From NCBI RefSeq assembly GCF_016026235.1, contig NZ_CP065613.1: DNA of 64,000 bases. One strand, given 5' to 3'. A program made the position numbers and the translations under genes. Within the stretch, counting starts at the first letter, position 1. Each line of letters begins with the position of its first letter. The notes below the pieces were generated by a model. It was not told where the DNA came from and made no database searches. It worked only from the letters and a program-made list of their open reading frames with translations. This DNA comes from Escherichia coli. GTDB taxonomy: Bacteria; Pseudomonadota; Gammaproteobacteria; Enterobacterales; Enterobacteriaceae. Positions 34,786 through 46,219 of the stretch are shown here, piece after piece.

Positions 34786-36585
34786 ATGACGACACAGGTC
34801 CCACCTTCCGCGTTGCTTCCGTTGAACCCGGAGCAACTGGCACGCCTTCAGGCGGCCACGACCGATTTAACTCCCACCCAGCTTGCCTGGGTTTCTGGCT
34901 ATTTCTGGGGCGTGCTCAATCAGCAGCCTGCTGCGCTTGCAGCAACGCCAGCGCCAGCCGCAGAAATGCCGGGTATAACTATTATCTCCGCCTCGCAAAC
35001 CGGCAATGCGCGCCGGGTTGCTGAAGCATTACGTGATGATTTATTAGCGGCAAAACTGAACGTTAAGCTGGTGAACGCGGGCGACTATAAATTCAAACAA
35101 ATCGCCAGCGAAAAACTGCTTATCGTGGTGACGTCAACGCAAGGAGAAGGGGAACCGCCGGAAGAAGCCGTCGCGCTGCATAAGTTCCTGTTCTCCAAAA
35201 AAGCGCCGAAGCTGCAAAACACCGCATTTGCCGTGTTTAGCCTCGGCGATAGCTCTTATGAATTTTTCTGCCAGTCCGGGAAAGATTTTGACAGCAAGCT
35301 GGCGGAACTGGGCGGTGAACGCCTGCTCGACCGTGTCGATGCCGACGTTGAATACCAGACCGCTGCCAGCGAGTGGCGCGCTCGCGTGGTTGATGCGCTT
35401 AAATCGCGTGCGCCTGTCGCGGCACCTTCGCAATCCGTCGCTACTGGCGCGGTAAATGAAATCCACACCAGCCCGTACAGCAAAGACTCGCCGCTGGTGG
35501 CGAGCCTCTCTGTTAACCAGAAAATTACCGGGCGTAACTCTGAAAAAGACGTTCGCCATATCGAAATTGACTTAGGTGACTCGGGCCTGCGTTACCAGCC
35601 GGGTGACGCGCTGGGCGTCTGGTATCAGAACGATCCGGCACTGGTGAAAGAACTTGTCGAACTGCTGTGGCTGAAAGGCGATGAACCTGTCACCGTCGAG
35701 GGCAAAACGTTGCCTCTGAACGAAGCGCTACAGTGGCACTTCGAACTGACCGTCAACACCGCCAATATTGTTGAGAACTATGCCACGCTTACCCGCAGCG
35801 AAACGCTGTTGCCGCTGGTGGGCGATAAAGCGAAGTTACAGCATTACGCCGCGACTACGCCGATTGTCGATATGGTGCGCTTCTCTCCGGCGCAACTGGA
35901 CGCCGAAGCGCTGATTAATCTGCTGCGCCCGCTGACGCCGCGTCTCTATTCCATCGCCTCCTCGCAGGCGGAAGTCGAGAACGAAGTACACGTCACCGTT
36001 GGTGTGGTGCGTTACGACGTGGAAGGCCGCGCCCGTGCCGGTGGTGCCTCCAGCTTCCTCGCGGACCGCGTGGAAGAAGAGGGCGAAGTTCGCGTATTTA
36101 TCGAACATAACGATAACTTCCGCCTGCCCGCTAACCCGGAAACCCCGGTGATTATGATTGGCCCAGGCACCGGCATCGCGCCGTTCCGCGCCTTTATGCA
36201 GCAGCGCGCCGCTGACGAAGCGCCGGGTAAAAACTGGCTGTTCTTTGGCAACCCGCATTTTACGGAAGATTTCCTCTACCAGGTGGAGTGGCAGCGCTAC
36301 GTCAAAGAGGGCGTGCTGACACGTATCGATCTCGCCTGGTCGCGCGATCAAAAAGAAAAAGTTTACGTACAAGACAAACTGCGCGAACAGGGCGCGGAGC
36401 TGTGGCGCTGGATCAATGACGGTGCCCACATTTATGTCTGCGGCGACGCTAATCGCATGGCGAAAGACGTTGAGCAGGCACTTCTGGAAGTGATTGCCGA
36501 ATTTGGTGGCATGGACACCGAAGCGGCGGATGAATTTTTAAGTGAGCTGCGCGTAGAGCGCCGTTATCAGCGAGATGTCTACTAA
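34786..36585 (+). CDS. cysJ: sulfite reductase [NADPH] flavoprotein alpha subunit CysJ
   Basis: 599-aa ORF with flavodoxin-like and FAD/NADPH-binding regions. Confidence 0.96.
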   Translation: MTTQVPPSALLPLNPEQLARLQAATTDLTPTQLAWVSGYFWGVLNQQPAALAATPAPAAEMPGITIISASQTGNARRVAEALRDDLLAAKLNVKLVNAGDYKFKQIASEKLLIVVTSTQGEGEPPEEAVALHKFLFSKKAPKLQNTAFAVFSLGDSSYEFFCQSGKDFDSKLAELGGERLLDRVDADVEYQTAASEWRARVVDALKSRAPVAAPSQSVATGAVNEIHTSPYSKDSPLVASLSVNQKITGRNSEKDVRHIEIDLGDSGLRYQPGDALGVWYQNDPALVKELVELLWLKGDEPVTVEGKTLPLNEALQWHFELTVNTANIVENYATLTRSETLLPLVGDKAKLQHYAATTPIVDMVRFSPAQLDAEALINLLRPLTPRLYSIASSQAEVENEVHVTVGVVRYDVEGRARAGGASSFLADRVEEEGEVRVFIEHNDNFRLPANPETPVIMIGPGTGIAPFRAFMQQRAADEAPGKNWLFFGNPHFTEDFLYQVEWQRYVKEGVLTRIDLAWSRDQKEKVYVQDKLREQGAELWRWINDGAHIYVCGDANRMAKDVEQALLEVIAEFGGMDTEAADEFLSELRVERRYQRDVY

Positions 36586-38297
36586 TGAGCGAAAAACATC
36601 CAGGGCCTTTAGTGGTCGAAGGAAAACTGACAGACGCCGAGCGCATGAAGCTTGAAAGCAACTACCTGCGCGGCACCATTGCGGAAGATTTAAACGACGG
36701 TCTGACCGGCGGCTTTAAGGGCGACAACTTCCTGCTGATCCGCTTCCACGGCATGTATCAGCAGGATGACCGCGACATCCGCGCCGAACGTGCTGAACAG
36801 AAGCTGGAGCCGCGCCACGCGATGCTGTTGCGCTGCCGTCTGCCGGGTGGGGTGATTACCACTAAACAGTGGCAGGCGATCGACAAATTTGCCGGTGAAA
36901 ACACCATCTATGGCAGCATTCGCCTGACCAACCGCCAGACGTTTCAGTTCCACGGCATTCTGAAAAAGAACGTCAAACCGGTGCACCAGATGCTGCACTC
37001 GGTCGGTCTTGATGCGCTGGCGACCGCTAACGACATGAACCGTAACGTACTCTGCACCTCGAACCCTTACGAGTCGCAGCTACACGCGGAAGCGTATGAA
37101 TGGGCGAAGAAAATCTCTGAACATCTGCTGCCGCGTACCCGCGCGTATGCGGAGATCTGGCTCGATCAGGAAAAAGTCGCCACCACCGATGAAGAACCGA
37201 TCCTCGGCCAGACCTACCTGCCGCGTAAATTCAAAACCACGGTAGTGATCCCGCCACAGAACGATATCGATCTGCACGCCAACGACATGAACTTCGTGGC
37301 AATCGCCGAAAACGGCAAGCTGGTGGGCTTTAACCTGCTGGTGGGCGGTGGGCTTTCCATCGAACACGGCAACAAGAAAACCTACGCCCGCACCGCGAGT
37401 GAGTTTGGCTATCTGCCGCTGGAGCATACGCTGGCAGTGGCGGAAGCCGTCGTGACAACTCAGCGTGACTGGGGTAACCGAACCGATCGTAAAAATGCCA
37501 AAACCAAATACACGCTGGAGCGCGTGGGGGTTGAGACGTTTAAAGCGGAAGTGGAGCGTCGCGCGGGGATCAAATTCGAGCCGATTCGCCCGTATGAGTT
37601 TACCGGACGCGGAGATCGTATTGGCTGGGTTAAGGGCATTGATGATAACTGGCACCTGACGCTGTTTATCGAAAATGGTCGCATCCTTGATTATCCGGGG
37701 CGTCCGCTGAAAACCGGCCTGCTGGAGATCGCGAAGATCCACAAAGGCGATTTCCGCATTACGGCGAACCAGAATCTGATCATCGCCGGTGTGCCGGAAA
37801 GCGAGAAAGCGAAGATCGAGAAGATCGCTAAAGAGAGCGGGTTAATGAATGCCGTCACGCCGCAGCGTGAAAACTCAATGGCCTGCGTGTCATTCCCGAC
37901 TTGCCCGCTGGCGATGGCGGAAGCGGAGCGTTTCCTGCCGTCTTTTATCGACAACATCGATAATTTAATGGCGAAACATGGTGTCAGCGATGAGCATATC
38001 GTGATGCGTGTAACAGGCTGCCCGAACGGTTGTGGTCGCGCGATGCTGGCGGAAGTGGGCCTGGTGGGTAAAGCGCCGGGTCGCTACAACCTGCATCTTG
38101 GCGGCAACCGTATTGGGACACGTATCCCACGGATGTATAAAGAAAACATCACCGAGCCGGAAATCCTGGCGTCGCTTGATGAACTGATAGGGCGCTGGGC
38201 GAAAGAGCGCGAAGCGGGTGAAGGCTTCGGCGACTTTACGGTGCGTGCGGGCATCATTCGCCCGGTGCTCGATCCGGCGCGCGATTTGTGGGATTAA
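36585..38297 (+). CDS. cysI: sulfite reductase hemoprotein beta subunit CysI
   Basis: 570-aa [39 protein letters not shown]...; start overlaps the cysJ stop. Confidence 0.96.
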
Positions 38298-38313
38298 CCA
38301 TCAGCCCGGTCTT

Positions 38314-38350
38314 GTAGGCCTGATAAGACGCGTGAGCGTCGCATCAGGCA
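38314..38350. repeat. REP element in the cysI-cysH intergenic region
   Basis: GTAGGCCTGATAAGACGCGTGAGCGTCGCATCAGGCA. Confidence 0.75.
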
Positions 38351-38370
38351 AGGCAAACAGTGAGGAATCT

Positions 38371-39105
38371 ATGTCCAAACTCGATCTAAACGCCCTGAAC
38401 GAACTGCCGAAGGTAGATCGCATTCTGGCGCTGGCGGAAACTAACGCCCAACTGGAAAAACTGGACGCTGAAGGCCGCGTAGCTTGGGCGCTGGATAATC
38501 TGCCCGGTGAATATGTACTTTCTTCCAGCTTTGGCATTCAGGCGGCGGTGAGCCTGCATCTGGTGAATCAAATTCGCCCGGATATTCCGGTGATCCTCAC
38601 CGATACCGGTTACTTGTTCCCGGAAACCTACCGCTTTATTGACGAGTTAACGGACAAACTCAAGCTCAACCTGAAAGTGTACCGTGCTACCGAAAGCGCA
38701 GCCTGGCAGGAAGCACGCTACGGAAAACTGTGGGAACAGGGCGTTGAAGGCATTGAAAAGTACAATGACATCAACAAAGTCGAACCGATGAACCGGGCGC
38801 TGAAAGAACTTAACGCGCAAACGTGGTTTGCTGGCCTGCGCCGTGAACAATCCGGCAGCCGCGCCAATTTACCGGTGCTGGCAATTCAGCGTGGCGTATT
38901 TAAAGTGCTGCCGATTATCGACTGGGATAACCGAACGATATATCAGTATCTGCAAAAGCATGGCCTGAAATATCACCCATTATGGGACGAAGGATATTTA
39001 TCGGTGGGCGATACCCATACAACCCGTAAATGGGAACCCGGCATGGCGGAAGAAGAAACGCGTTTCTTTGGCTTAAAAAGGGAATGTGGGTTACACGAAG
39101 GGTAA
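38371..39105 (+). CDS. cysH: phosphoadenosine phosphosulfate reductase CysH
   Basis: 244 aa from [43 protein letters not shown]... Confidence 0.95.
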
Positions 39106-39368
39106 ATATTGCCGGATAAATTAAACGCCTCTGTCAGAAATGATGGGGGCGTTTTTATTTTGCGAGCAGCATTCCTGATTTTAAACGTGAACGCCGCTGG
39201 AAGAATTATCAGGTATAGAATGGCGTCGGGTGCTTGAGGCTGTCTGGCGTTAAGCATTCGCGAGGTTCCAGATGGACAAAAGCCCCAGGCGATATTTCTA
39301 TCAACCTGAGGCTCGCGTTCGAACGTAGCAATTCGAATGTTAGTCTCTTCTTTGCAGGGAGGCAAGAC

Positions 39369-39521
39369 ATGCTGACAAAATATGCCCTTGTGGCAATCAT
39401 AGTGCTGTGTTTTACAGTACTGGGATTCACGCTGATGGTAGGCGACTCGTTGTGTGAGTTGAGTATCAGAGAACGTGGTATGGAGTTTAAGGCTGTTCTC
39501 GCTTACGAATCGAAGAAGTAG
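39369..39521 (+). CDS. Hok/Gef-family type I toxin-like small membrane protein, 50 aa
   Basis: [51 protein letters not shown]-terminal TM helix plus Hok-family signature SLCEL-IR...A-LAYES-K (compare Hok ...[25 protein letters not shown], from memory); GGGAGG Shine-Dalgarno 6 nt upstream. Confidence 0.75.
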   Translation: MLTKYALVAIIVLCFTVLGFTLMVGDSLCELSIRERGMEFKAVLAYESKK

Positions 39522-39542
39522 CCACCACGCGGGGGTAAAACC

Positions 39543-40303
39543 CCTGAGGAATCCCCAGAAAACAAGACAGGCATAGTGAGATGTGATCTAATTGATTGTG
39601 CTAACAATTTCAAGGAGATCACCACTATGCCTGCACGTTCATTATGCCAAAATTTCCTTAACAATATACTGGCCCCTTTGCATCTTTACCGTCAAAAATC
39701 ACTGATTGACGCAACTAATGCTGTAATAAATGGCGCTTCCCTCACACTTACCAGTATCGGGCGTCATTTAACCGGTACGGCATCAGTTAAAAACAAAATA
39801 AAGCGGGTGGATCGACTGTTGGGGAATCGACATTTGCAAAATGAGGTTTCCACCATTTTTCAGCGAATTACCCAAAAGATTACGCGGGGAATGTCTCGTG
39901 TTGTGATACTCATTGACTGGAGTGCTTATCATGCCTCTCGTTTTCAGCTTTTGCGGGCAAGCCTGGCATGTGACGGGCGTTCTTTACCGTTGATGAGTTG
40001 TGTCGTTCCATCATCACAGACAGCGAATGCAGATGTACATGAGCGTTTTCTGGAATCGCTTGCTGAGTGCTTTTCCCCCGGGACTGATGTCATTGTTATT
40101 ACAGATGCCGGTTTTCAGGGGCGATGGTTCCAACAGCTCCGCTCCCGTGGCTGGACCTATATTTGCCGGGTACTGGGCAATCATTATTACAATGTTGGTA
40201 ATGGCTGGGAAAAGGTGTCGGACTCAGGCACAAAAGCATCAACGACAGCAATTTATTTAGGTGAAGGCCTGCTGGGTCGAGATAAAAATGCACAACATGA
40301 AGG
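39543..40303 (+). mobile_element. IS10-like insertion sequence (copy 3), left 761 bp only, truncated by IS4
   Basis: Begins CCTGAGGAATCCCCAGAAAACAAGACAGG 22 bp after the Hok-like stop; transposase frame (MPARSL... from 39627) is identical to copy 1 through ...KNAQHEG, then IS4 begins at 40304. Confidence 0.85.
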
Positions 40304-41729
40304 TAATGCCGATCAGTTAAGGATCAGTTGACCGATCCAGTGGCTGTGTAAGAATCCGGAAACGCTCACTTGTTTCCGGATTTTTTTATGCACATTGGAC
40401 AGGCTCTTGATCTGGTATCCCGTTACGATTCTCTGCGTAACCCACTGACTTCTCTGGGGGATTACCTCGACCCCGAACTCATCTCTCGTTGCCTTGCCGA
40501 ATCAGGTACTGTAACGCTACGCAAGCGCCGTCTTCCCCTCGAAATGATGGTCTGGTGTATTGTTGGCATGGCGCTTGAGCGTAAAGAACCTCTTCACCAG
40601 ATTGTGAATCGCCTGGACATCATGCTGCCGGGCAATCGCCCCTTCGTTGCCCCCAGTGCCGTTATTCAGGCCCGCCAGCGCCTGGGAAGTGAGGCTGTCC
40701 GCCGCGTGTTCACGAAAACAGCGCAGCTCTGGCATAACGCCACGCCGCATCCGCACTGGTGCGGCCTGACCCTGCTGGCCATCGATGGTGTGTTCTGGCG
40801 CACACCGGATACACCAGAGAACGATGCAGCCTTCCCCCGCCAGACACATGCCGGGAACCCGGCGCTCTACCCGCAGGTCAAAATGGTCTGCCAGATGGAA
40901 CTGACCAGCCATCTGCTGACGGCTGCAGCCTTCGGCACGATGAAGAACAGCGAAAATGAGCTTGCTGAGCAACTTATAGAACAAACCGGCGATAACACTC
41001 TGACGTTAATGGATAAAGGTTATTACTCACTGGGACTGTTAAATGCCTGGAGCCTGGCGGGAGAACACCGCCACTGGATGATACCTCTCAGAAAGGGAGC
41101 GCAATATGAAGAGCTCAGAAAACTGGGTAAAGGCGATCATCTGGTGAAGCTGAAAACCAGCCCGCAGGCACGAAAAAAGTGGCCGGGACTGGGAAATGAA
41201 GTGACAGCCCGCCTGCTGACCGTGACGCGCAAAGGAAAAGTCTGCCATCTGCTGACGTCGATGACGGACGCCATGCGCTTCCCCGGAGGAGAAATGGCGG
41301 ATCTGTACAGTCATCGCTGGGAAATCGAACTGGGATACAGGGAGATAAAACAGACGATGCAACTGAGCAGGCTGACGCTGAGAAGTAAAAAGCCGGAGCT
41401 TGTGGAGCAAGAGCTGTGGGGTGTCTTACTGGCTTATAATCTGGTGAGATATCAGATGATTAAAATGGCGGAACATCTGAAAGGTTACTGGCCGAATCAA
41501 CTGAGTTTCTCAGAATCATGCGGAATGGTGATGAGAATGCTGATGACATTGCAGGGCGCTTCACCGGGACGTATACCGGAGCTGATGCGCGATCTTGCAA
41601 GTATGGGACAACTTGTGAAATTACCGACGAGAAGGGGAAGGGCCTTCCCGAGAGTGGTAAAGGAGAGGCCCTGGAAATACCCCACAGCCCCGAAAAAGAG
41701 CCAGTCAGTTGCTTAACTGACTGGCATTA
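40304..41729 (+). mobile_element. IS4, 1426 bp, complete, no target duplication
   Basis: Termini TAATGCCGATCAGTTAAGGATCAGTTGACCG ... CTTAACTGACTGGCATTA; length matches IS4 from memory. Left flank is IS10-like interior, right flank is lysS 3' intergenic; flanks are unrelated. Confidence 0.9.
40388..41716 (+). CDS. insG: IS4 transposase InsG
   Basis: [40 protein letters not shown]... about 442 aa. Confidence 0.9.
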   Translation: MHIGQALDLVSRYDSLRNPLTSLGDYLDPELISRCLAESGTVTLRKRRLPLEMMVWCIVGMALERKEPLHQIVNRLDIMLPGNRPFVAPSAVIQARQRLGSEAVRRVFTKTAQLWHNATPHPHWCGLTLLAIDGVFWRTPDTPENDAAFPRQTHAGNPALYPQVKMVCQMELTSHLLTAAAFGTMKNSENELAEQLIEQTGDNTLTLMDKGYYSLGLLNAWSLAGEHRHWMIPLRKGAQYEELRKLGKGDHLVKLKTSPQARKKWPGLGNEVTARLLTVTRKGKVCHLLTSMTDAMRFPGGEMADLYSHRWEIELGYREIKQTMQLSRLTLRSKKPELVEQELWGVLLAYNLVRYQMIKMAEHLKGYWPNQLSFSESCGMVMRMLMTLQGASPGRIPELMRDLASMGQLVKLPTRRGRAFPRVVKERPWKYPTAPKKSQSVA

Positions 41730-41764
41730 CGACATTTGCCGGGGTTATGAGCATAACGTAATGC

Positions 41765-43282
41765 TTATTTCACCGGACGCATCGCCGGGAACAGAATAAC
41801 ATCGCGGATGGTATGGCTGTTGGTGAACAGCATTACCATACGGTCGATACCAATCCCCAGACCTGCTGTCGGCGGTAAGCCATGTTCCAGTGCGGTAACG
41901 TAATCTTCATCGTAGAACATCGCTTCGTCGTCACCTGCGTCTTTCGCGGCAACCTGATCCAGGAAGCGTTGCGCCTGATCTTCCGCGTCATTCAGCTCGC
42001 TAAAGCCGTTACCGATTTCACGACCACCGATGAAGAACTCAAAGCGGTCTGTGATTTCCGGGTTAATGTCGTTACGACGCGCCAGCGGAGAAACTTCTGC
42101 CGGATATTCAGTAATAAAGGTCGGCTGAATCAGATGTGCTTCTGCCACTTCTTCGAAGATCTCGGTAACGATACGGCCCAGACCCCAGCTCTTCTCAACG
42201 TGGATACCGATAGATTCAGCAATCGCTTTCGCAGAGTCGAAGTTATCCAGATCCGCCATGTCGGTTTCTGGGCGATATTTCTTGATCGCTTCACGCATGG
42301 TCAGTTTTTCGAACGGTTTACCGAAGTCCAGCGTCACGTCGCCGTAGGTCACTTCCGTCTTACCGAGAATATCCTGTGCCAGAGTACGGAACAGCGATTC
42401 GGTCAGCTCGATCAGATCTTTGTAATCTGCGTAAGCCATGTAGAGTTCCATCATGGTGAACTCTGGGTTATGACGTACGGAGATACCTTCGTTACGGAAG
42501 TTACGGTTGATTTCGAATACACGCTCGAAGCCACCGACCACCAGACGCTTGAGGTACAGTTCCGGCGCGATACGCAGGTACATGTCGAGATCCAGCGCGT
42601 TATGGTGGGTGATAAACGGACGCGCAGCGGCACCGCCAGGGATCACCTGCATCATCGGCGTTTCAACTTCCATAAAGCCGCGGTTCACCATGAACTGGCG
42701 AATACCAGAGAGGATCTGCGAGCGTACTTTAAAGGTGTTACGGGATTCATCGTTAGAGATGAGATCCAAATAACGCTGACGATAGCGCGCTTCCTGATCC
42801 TGCAAGCCGTGGAATTTATCCGGCAGCGGACGCAGTGCTTTGGTCAGCAGACGCAGCTCGGTACAGTGGATAGACAGTTCGCCGGTTTTGGTTTTGAACA
42901 GTTTACCTTTCGCGCCGAGGATGTCGCCGAGGTCCCATTTTTTGAACTGCTCGTTGTAAACGCCTTCCGGCAGATCGTCACGGGCAACGTACAGCTGAAT
43001 GCGGCCCCCCACATCCTGCAGGGTAACGAAAGACGCTTTACCCATAATACGACGGGTCATCATGCGGCCAGCAACGGCGACTTCGATGTTCAGCGCTTCC
43101 AGTTCTTCGTTCTCTTTACCGTCGAATTCTGCGTGCAATTGGTCAGAGGTATGATCGCGACGGAAATCGTTCGGGAAGGCAATCCCCTGCTCGCGCAGGT
43201 TCACCAGCTTCTCACGACGCGTTTTCAGTTCATTGTTAAGATCGACTACCGCGTCAGCGCCCTGTGCGTGTTGTTCAGACAT
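41765..43282 (-). CDS. lysS: lysine--tRNA ligase LysS
   Basis: 505-aa [47 protein letters not shown]... Confidence 0.96.
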   Translation of the reverse strand: MSEQHAQGADAVVDLNNELKTRREKLVNLREQGIAFPNDFRRDHTSDQLHAEFDGKENEELEALNIEVAVAGRMMTRRIMGKASFVTLQDVGGRIQLYVARDDLPEGVYNEQFKKWDLGDILGAKGKLFKTKTGELSIHCTELRLLTKALRPLPDKFHGLQDQEARYRQRYLDLISNDESRNTFKVRSQILSGIRQFMVNRGFMEVETPMMQVIPGGAAARPFITHHNALDLDMYLRIAPELYLKRLVVGGFERVFEINRNFRNEGISVRHNPEFTMMELYMAYADYKDLIELTESLFRTLAQDILGKTEVTYGDVTLDFGKPFEKLTMREAIKKYRPETDMADLDNFDSAKAIAESIGIHVEKSWGLGRIVTEIFEEVAEAHLIQPTFITEYPAEVSPLARRNDINPEITDRFEFFIGGREIGNGFSELNDAEDQAQRFLDQVAAKDAGDDEAMFYDEDYVTALEHGLPPTAGLGIGIDRMVMLFTNSHTIRDVILFPAMRPVK

Positions 43283-43291
43283 GTTGGTTCC

Positions 43292-44390
43292 TCATAACCC
43301 TGCTTTCAAACTTGCTTCGATAAATTGATCCAGGCTGCCGTCCAGCACGGCCTGCGTGTTGCGGGTTTCTACCCCGGTACGCAGATCTTTAATGCGGGAG
43401 TCATCAAGGACATAAGAACGAATCTGGCTGCCCCAGCCGATGTCAGATTTGTTATCTTCCATCGCCTGTTTCTCAGCATTTTTCTTCTGCATCTCCAGTT
43501 CATAAAGCTTCGCTTTCATCTGCTTCATGGCCTGGTCTTTGTTCTTGTGCTGGGAACGGTCGTTCTGGCACTGGGTCACGATCCCGGTCGGGATGTGGGT
43601 AATACGCACCGCAGATTCGGTACGGTTAACGTGCTGACCGCCCGCGCCGGACGCGCGATAAACGTCAATGCGCAGATCCGCCGGGTTGATTTCGATATCA
43701 ATATCATCATCAACTTCCGGATAAACAAACGCGGAGCTGAACGACGTGTGGCGACGACCGCCGGAGTCAAACGGGCTTTTACGCACCAGGCGGTGAACGC
43801 CGGTTTCTGTACGCAGCCAGCCGTAAGCGTAATCGCCGGAGATTTTGATAGTCACGGATTTAATACCCGCCACTTCACCTTCCGACTCTTCGATGATTTC
43901 AGTTTTGAAACCACGCGATTCTGCCCAGCGCAGATACATACGCTCAAGCATGCTCGCCCAGTCCTGTGCTTCCGTACCGCCAGACCCCGCCTGAATATCG
44001 AGGTAGCAGTCGGCGCTGTCATATTCGCCAGAGAACATACGGCGGAACTCAAGCTGCGCCAGTTTTTCTTCCAGGGCGTCGAGTTCAGCAACGGCTTCGT
44101 TAAAGGTTTCTTCGTCGTCAGCTTCTACAGCCAGTTCCAGCAGACCAGAAACATCTTCCAGCCCCTGTTTCATTTGGTCGAGGGTGTCGACAACGGCTTC
44201 GAGGGAGGAACGCTCTTTACCCAGCGCCTGTGCGCGTTCGGGTTCGTTCCAGACATCCGGCTGTTCCAGCTCGGCGTTTACTTCTTCCAGACGCTCTTTC
44301 TTGGCGTCGTAGTCAAAGATACCCCCTAAGAACGTCGGAGCGTTCCGTGAGGTCCTGAATGCGATTATTTACCGGATTAATTTCAAACAT
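43292..44390 (-). CDS. prfB: peptide chain release factor 2 (programmed +1 frameshift)
   Basis: Main frame 43292-44173 (293 aa, ...[16 protein letters not shown]...). N-terminal 25 codons from ATG at 44388-44390 ([25 protein letters not shown]) end at in-frame UGA in context CUU UGA C preceded by AGGGGG. Confidence 0.93.
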
Positions 44391-44480
44391 GGTCTGATTT
44401 CTTTTATTGAGCTAGTCAAAATGCGGTGATAAGAGCGGGATTGTACCCAATCCACGCTCTTTTTTATAGAGAAGATGACG

Positions 44481-46214
44481 CTAAATTGGCCAGATATTGT
44501 CGATGATAATTTGCAGGCTGCGGTTGCCGCGAAACTCGTTGATATCGAGCTTGTAAGCCAGTTGCACTTCGCGCACGCCGTTATCCGGCCAGAGGGCGGT
44601 ATCGACATTAAAAGCAATACCATCCAGCAGTGGACCGCCGCCGACCGGTTCGACCATCACCTTCAAATGACGTTCGCCCACCAGCCGCTGTTGCAGCAGA
44701 CGGAAATGACCGTCAAACAGCGGCTCCGGGAACATCTGCCCCCACGGGCCAGCATCGCGCAGCAGCTGCGCCACTTCCATGGTCATTTCGGCTGGACTTA
44801 ACGGACCGTCTGACACCACTTCGCCTTGCAATAGCGAAGGGTCCAGCCACTCAGTAACCAGTTCGCCAAACCGTTGTTGAAAGAGTTCGAATTTATCCTC
44901 TTCCAGCGACAAACCCGCCGCCATCGCATGACCGCCAAACTTCAGCATCATGCCAGGGTAGAGTGTGTCTAATCGCTCCAGTGCATCACGCATATGCAGC
45001 CCCTGAATGGAGCGACCTGAACCTTTCAGTGTACCATCACCTGCTGGCGCAAAGGCGATAACCGGACGGTGAAAACGCTCTTTGATGCGCGAAGCCAGAA
45101 TACCGACAACGCCCTGATGCCATTCGGGGTGATACATTGCCAGCCCGCCGGGTAGCGAGTCGCGGCTGCGCTCCAGTTTCTCGCACAGGGTCAGGGCTTC
45201 AACTTGCATTCCTTGTTCGATCTCTTTTCGCGTCTGGTTTAGCGCATCGAGTTCATTTGCCAGCACGCGCGCTTCGCCGATGTTGTCGCACAGCAACAGC
45301 GCCACACCGACGGACATATCGTCCAGTCGTCCGGCAGCATTGAGACGTGGCCCCAGCGCAAAACCTAAATCGCTGGCGGCGAGTTTTTGTGCATCACGGT
45401 TTGCCACTTCAAGCAGCGCTTTAATCCCCGGACGGCACTTTCCGGCTCGGATGCGACTCATCCCCTGCCAGGTCAGAATGCGATTATTAGCGTCCAGCGG
45501 CACGACGTCCGCCACTGTCCCCAGCGCGACCAGATCCAGCAGTTCTGCCAGGTTAGGAATTGCGATGTTACGCTCATCAAACCAGCCCTGATCGCGCAAA
45601 AAGGTGCGCAGCGCCAGCATCAGATAAAACGCCACACCCACGCCTGCCAGTGATTTCGACGGGAAATTACAGTCGCGCAAGTTAGGGTTAATGATCGCTT
45701 CCGCTGCGGGTAATGTGTCGCCTGGCAAATGGTGATCGGTAACAATAACCGGGATGCCCAACGAGCGAGCGTGCTCAACCCCCGCATGGGAGGAAATACC
45801 GTTATCCACCGTGACAATTAACTGCGCGCCACGGGCATGGGCCTGATCGACCACTTCCGGGCTTAAGCCGTAACCGTCTTCGAAACGGTTTGGTACCAGG
45901 TAGTCGATATTGCTGCAACCAAGCGAGCGCATCGCCAGCACGCTTAGAGCCGTGCTGGTCGCACCGTCGGCGTCGAAATCACCGACCACAATAATCCGCG
46001 TTCCTTCGCGAAAAGCGTTGTAAAGGATCTCAACGGCCTTTTCGACGCCGCTCAGTTGCTGCCAGGGCAACATACCTTTAACACTGCGTTCCAGTTCTTG
46101 CGCACTGCGTACTCCCCGGCTGGCGTATAAACGGCGCAGCAAGGGAGGCAATTCAGCGGGCAAGTCTGCCGTTTCATCGACTTCACGGCGACGAAGTTGT
46201 ATCTGTTGTTTCAC
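44481..46214 (-). CDS. recJ: single-stranded-DNA-specific exonuclease RecJ
   Basis: 577-aa ORF with DHH motifs. Confidence 0.95.
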   Translation of the reverse strand: MKQQIQLRRREVDETADLPAELPPLLRRLYASRGVRSAQELERSVKGMLPWQQLSGVEKAVEILYNAFREGTRIIVVGDFDADGATSTALSVLAMRSLGCSNIDYLVPNRFEDGYGLSPEVVDQAHARGAQLIVTVDNGISSHAGVEHARSLGIPVIVTDHHLPGDTLPAAEAIINPNLRDCNFPSKSLAGVGVAFYLMLALRTFLRDQGWFDERNIAIPNLAELLDLVALGTVADVVPLDANNRILTWQGMSRIRAGKCRPGIKALLEVANRDAQKLAASDLGFALGPRLNAAGRLDDMSVGVALLLCDNIGEARVLANELDALNQTRKEIEQGMQVEALTLCEKLERSRDSLPGGLAMYHPEWHQGVVGILASRIKERFHRPVIAFAPAGDGTLKGSGRSIQGLHMRDALERLDTLYPGMMLKFGGHAMAAGLSLEEDKFELFQQRFGELVTEWLDPSLLQGEVVSDGPLSPAEMTMEVAQLLRDAGPWGQMFPEPLFDGHFRLLQQRLVGERHLKVMVEPVGGGPLLDGIAFNVDTALWPDNGVREVQLAYKLDINEFRGNRSLQIIIDNIWPI

Positions 46215-46219
46215 GCGAA

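Noticed and set aside
39234-39368. In-frame 45-codon N-terminal extension of the Hok-like ORF (95-aa ORF from 39234)
   Set aside because: Hok-family toxins are about 50 aa; the extension has no ribosome-binding site and starts at a non-ATG codon, while the internal ATG at 39369 has a strong GGGAGG site.
41882-43297. 471-aa ORF on the + strand opposite lysS
   Set aside because: Antisense to lysS with no domain signature; the sense strand encodes a full-length LysS.
43325-44329. 334-aa ORF on the + strand opposite prfB
   Set aside because: Antisense to RF2; open by chance in a GC-rich gene.
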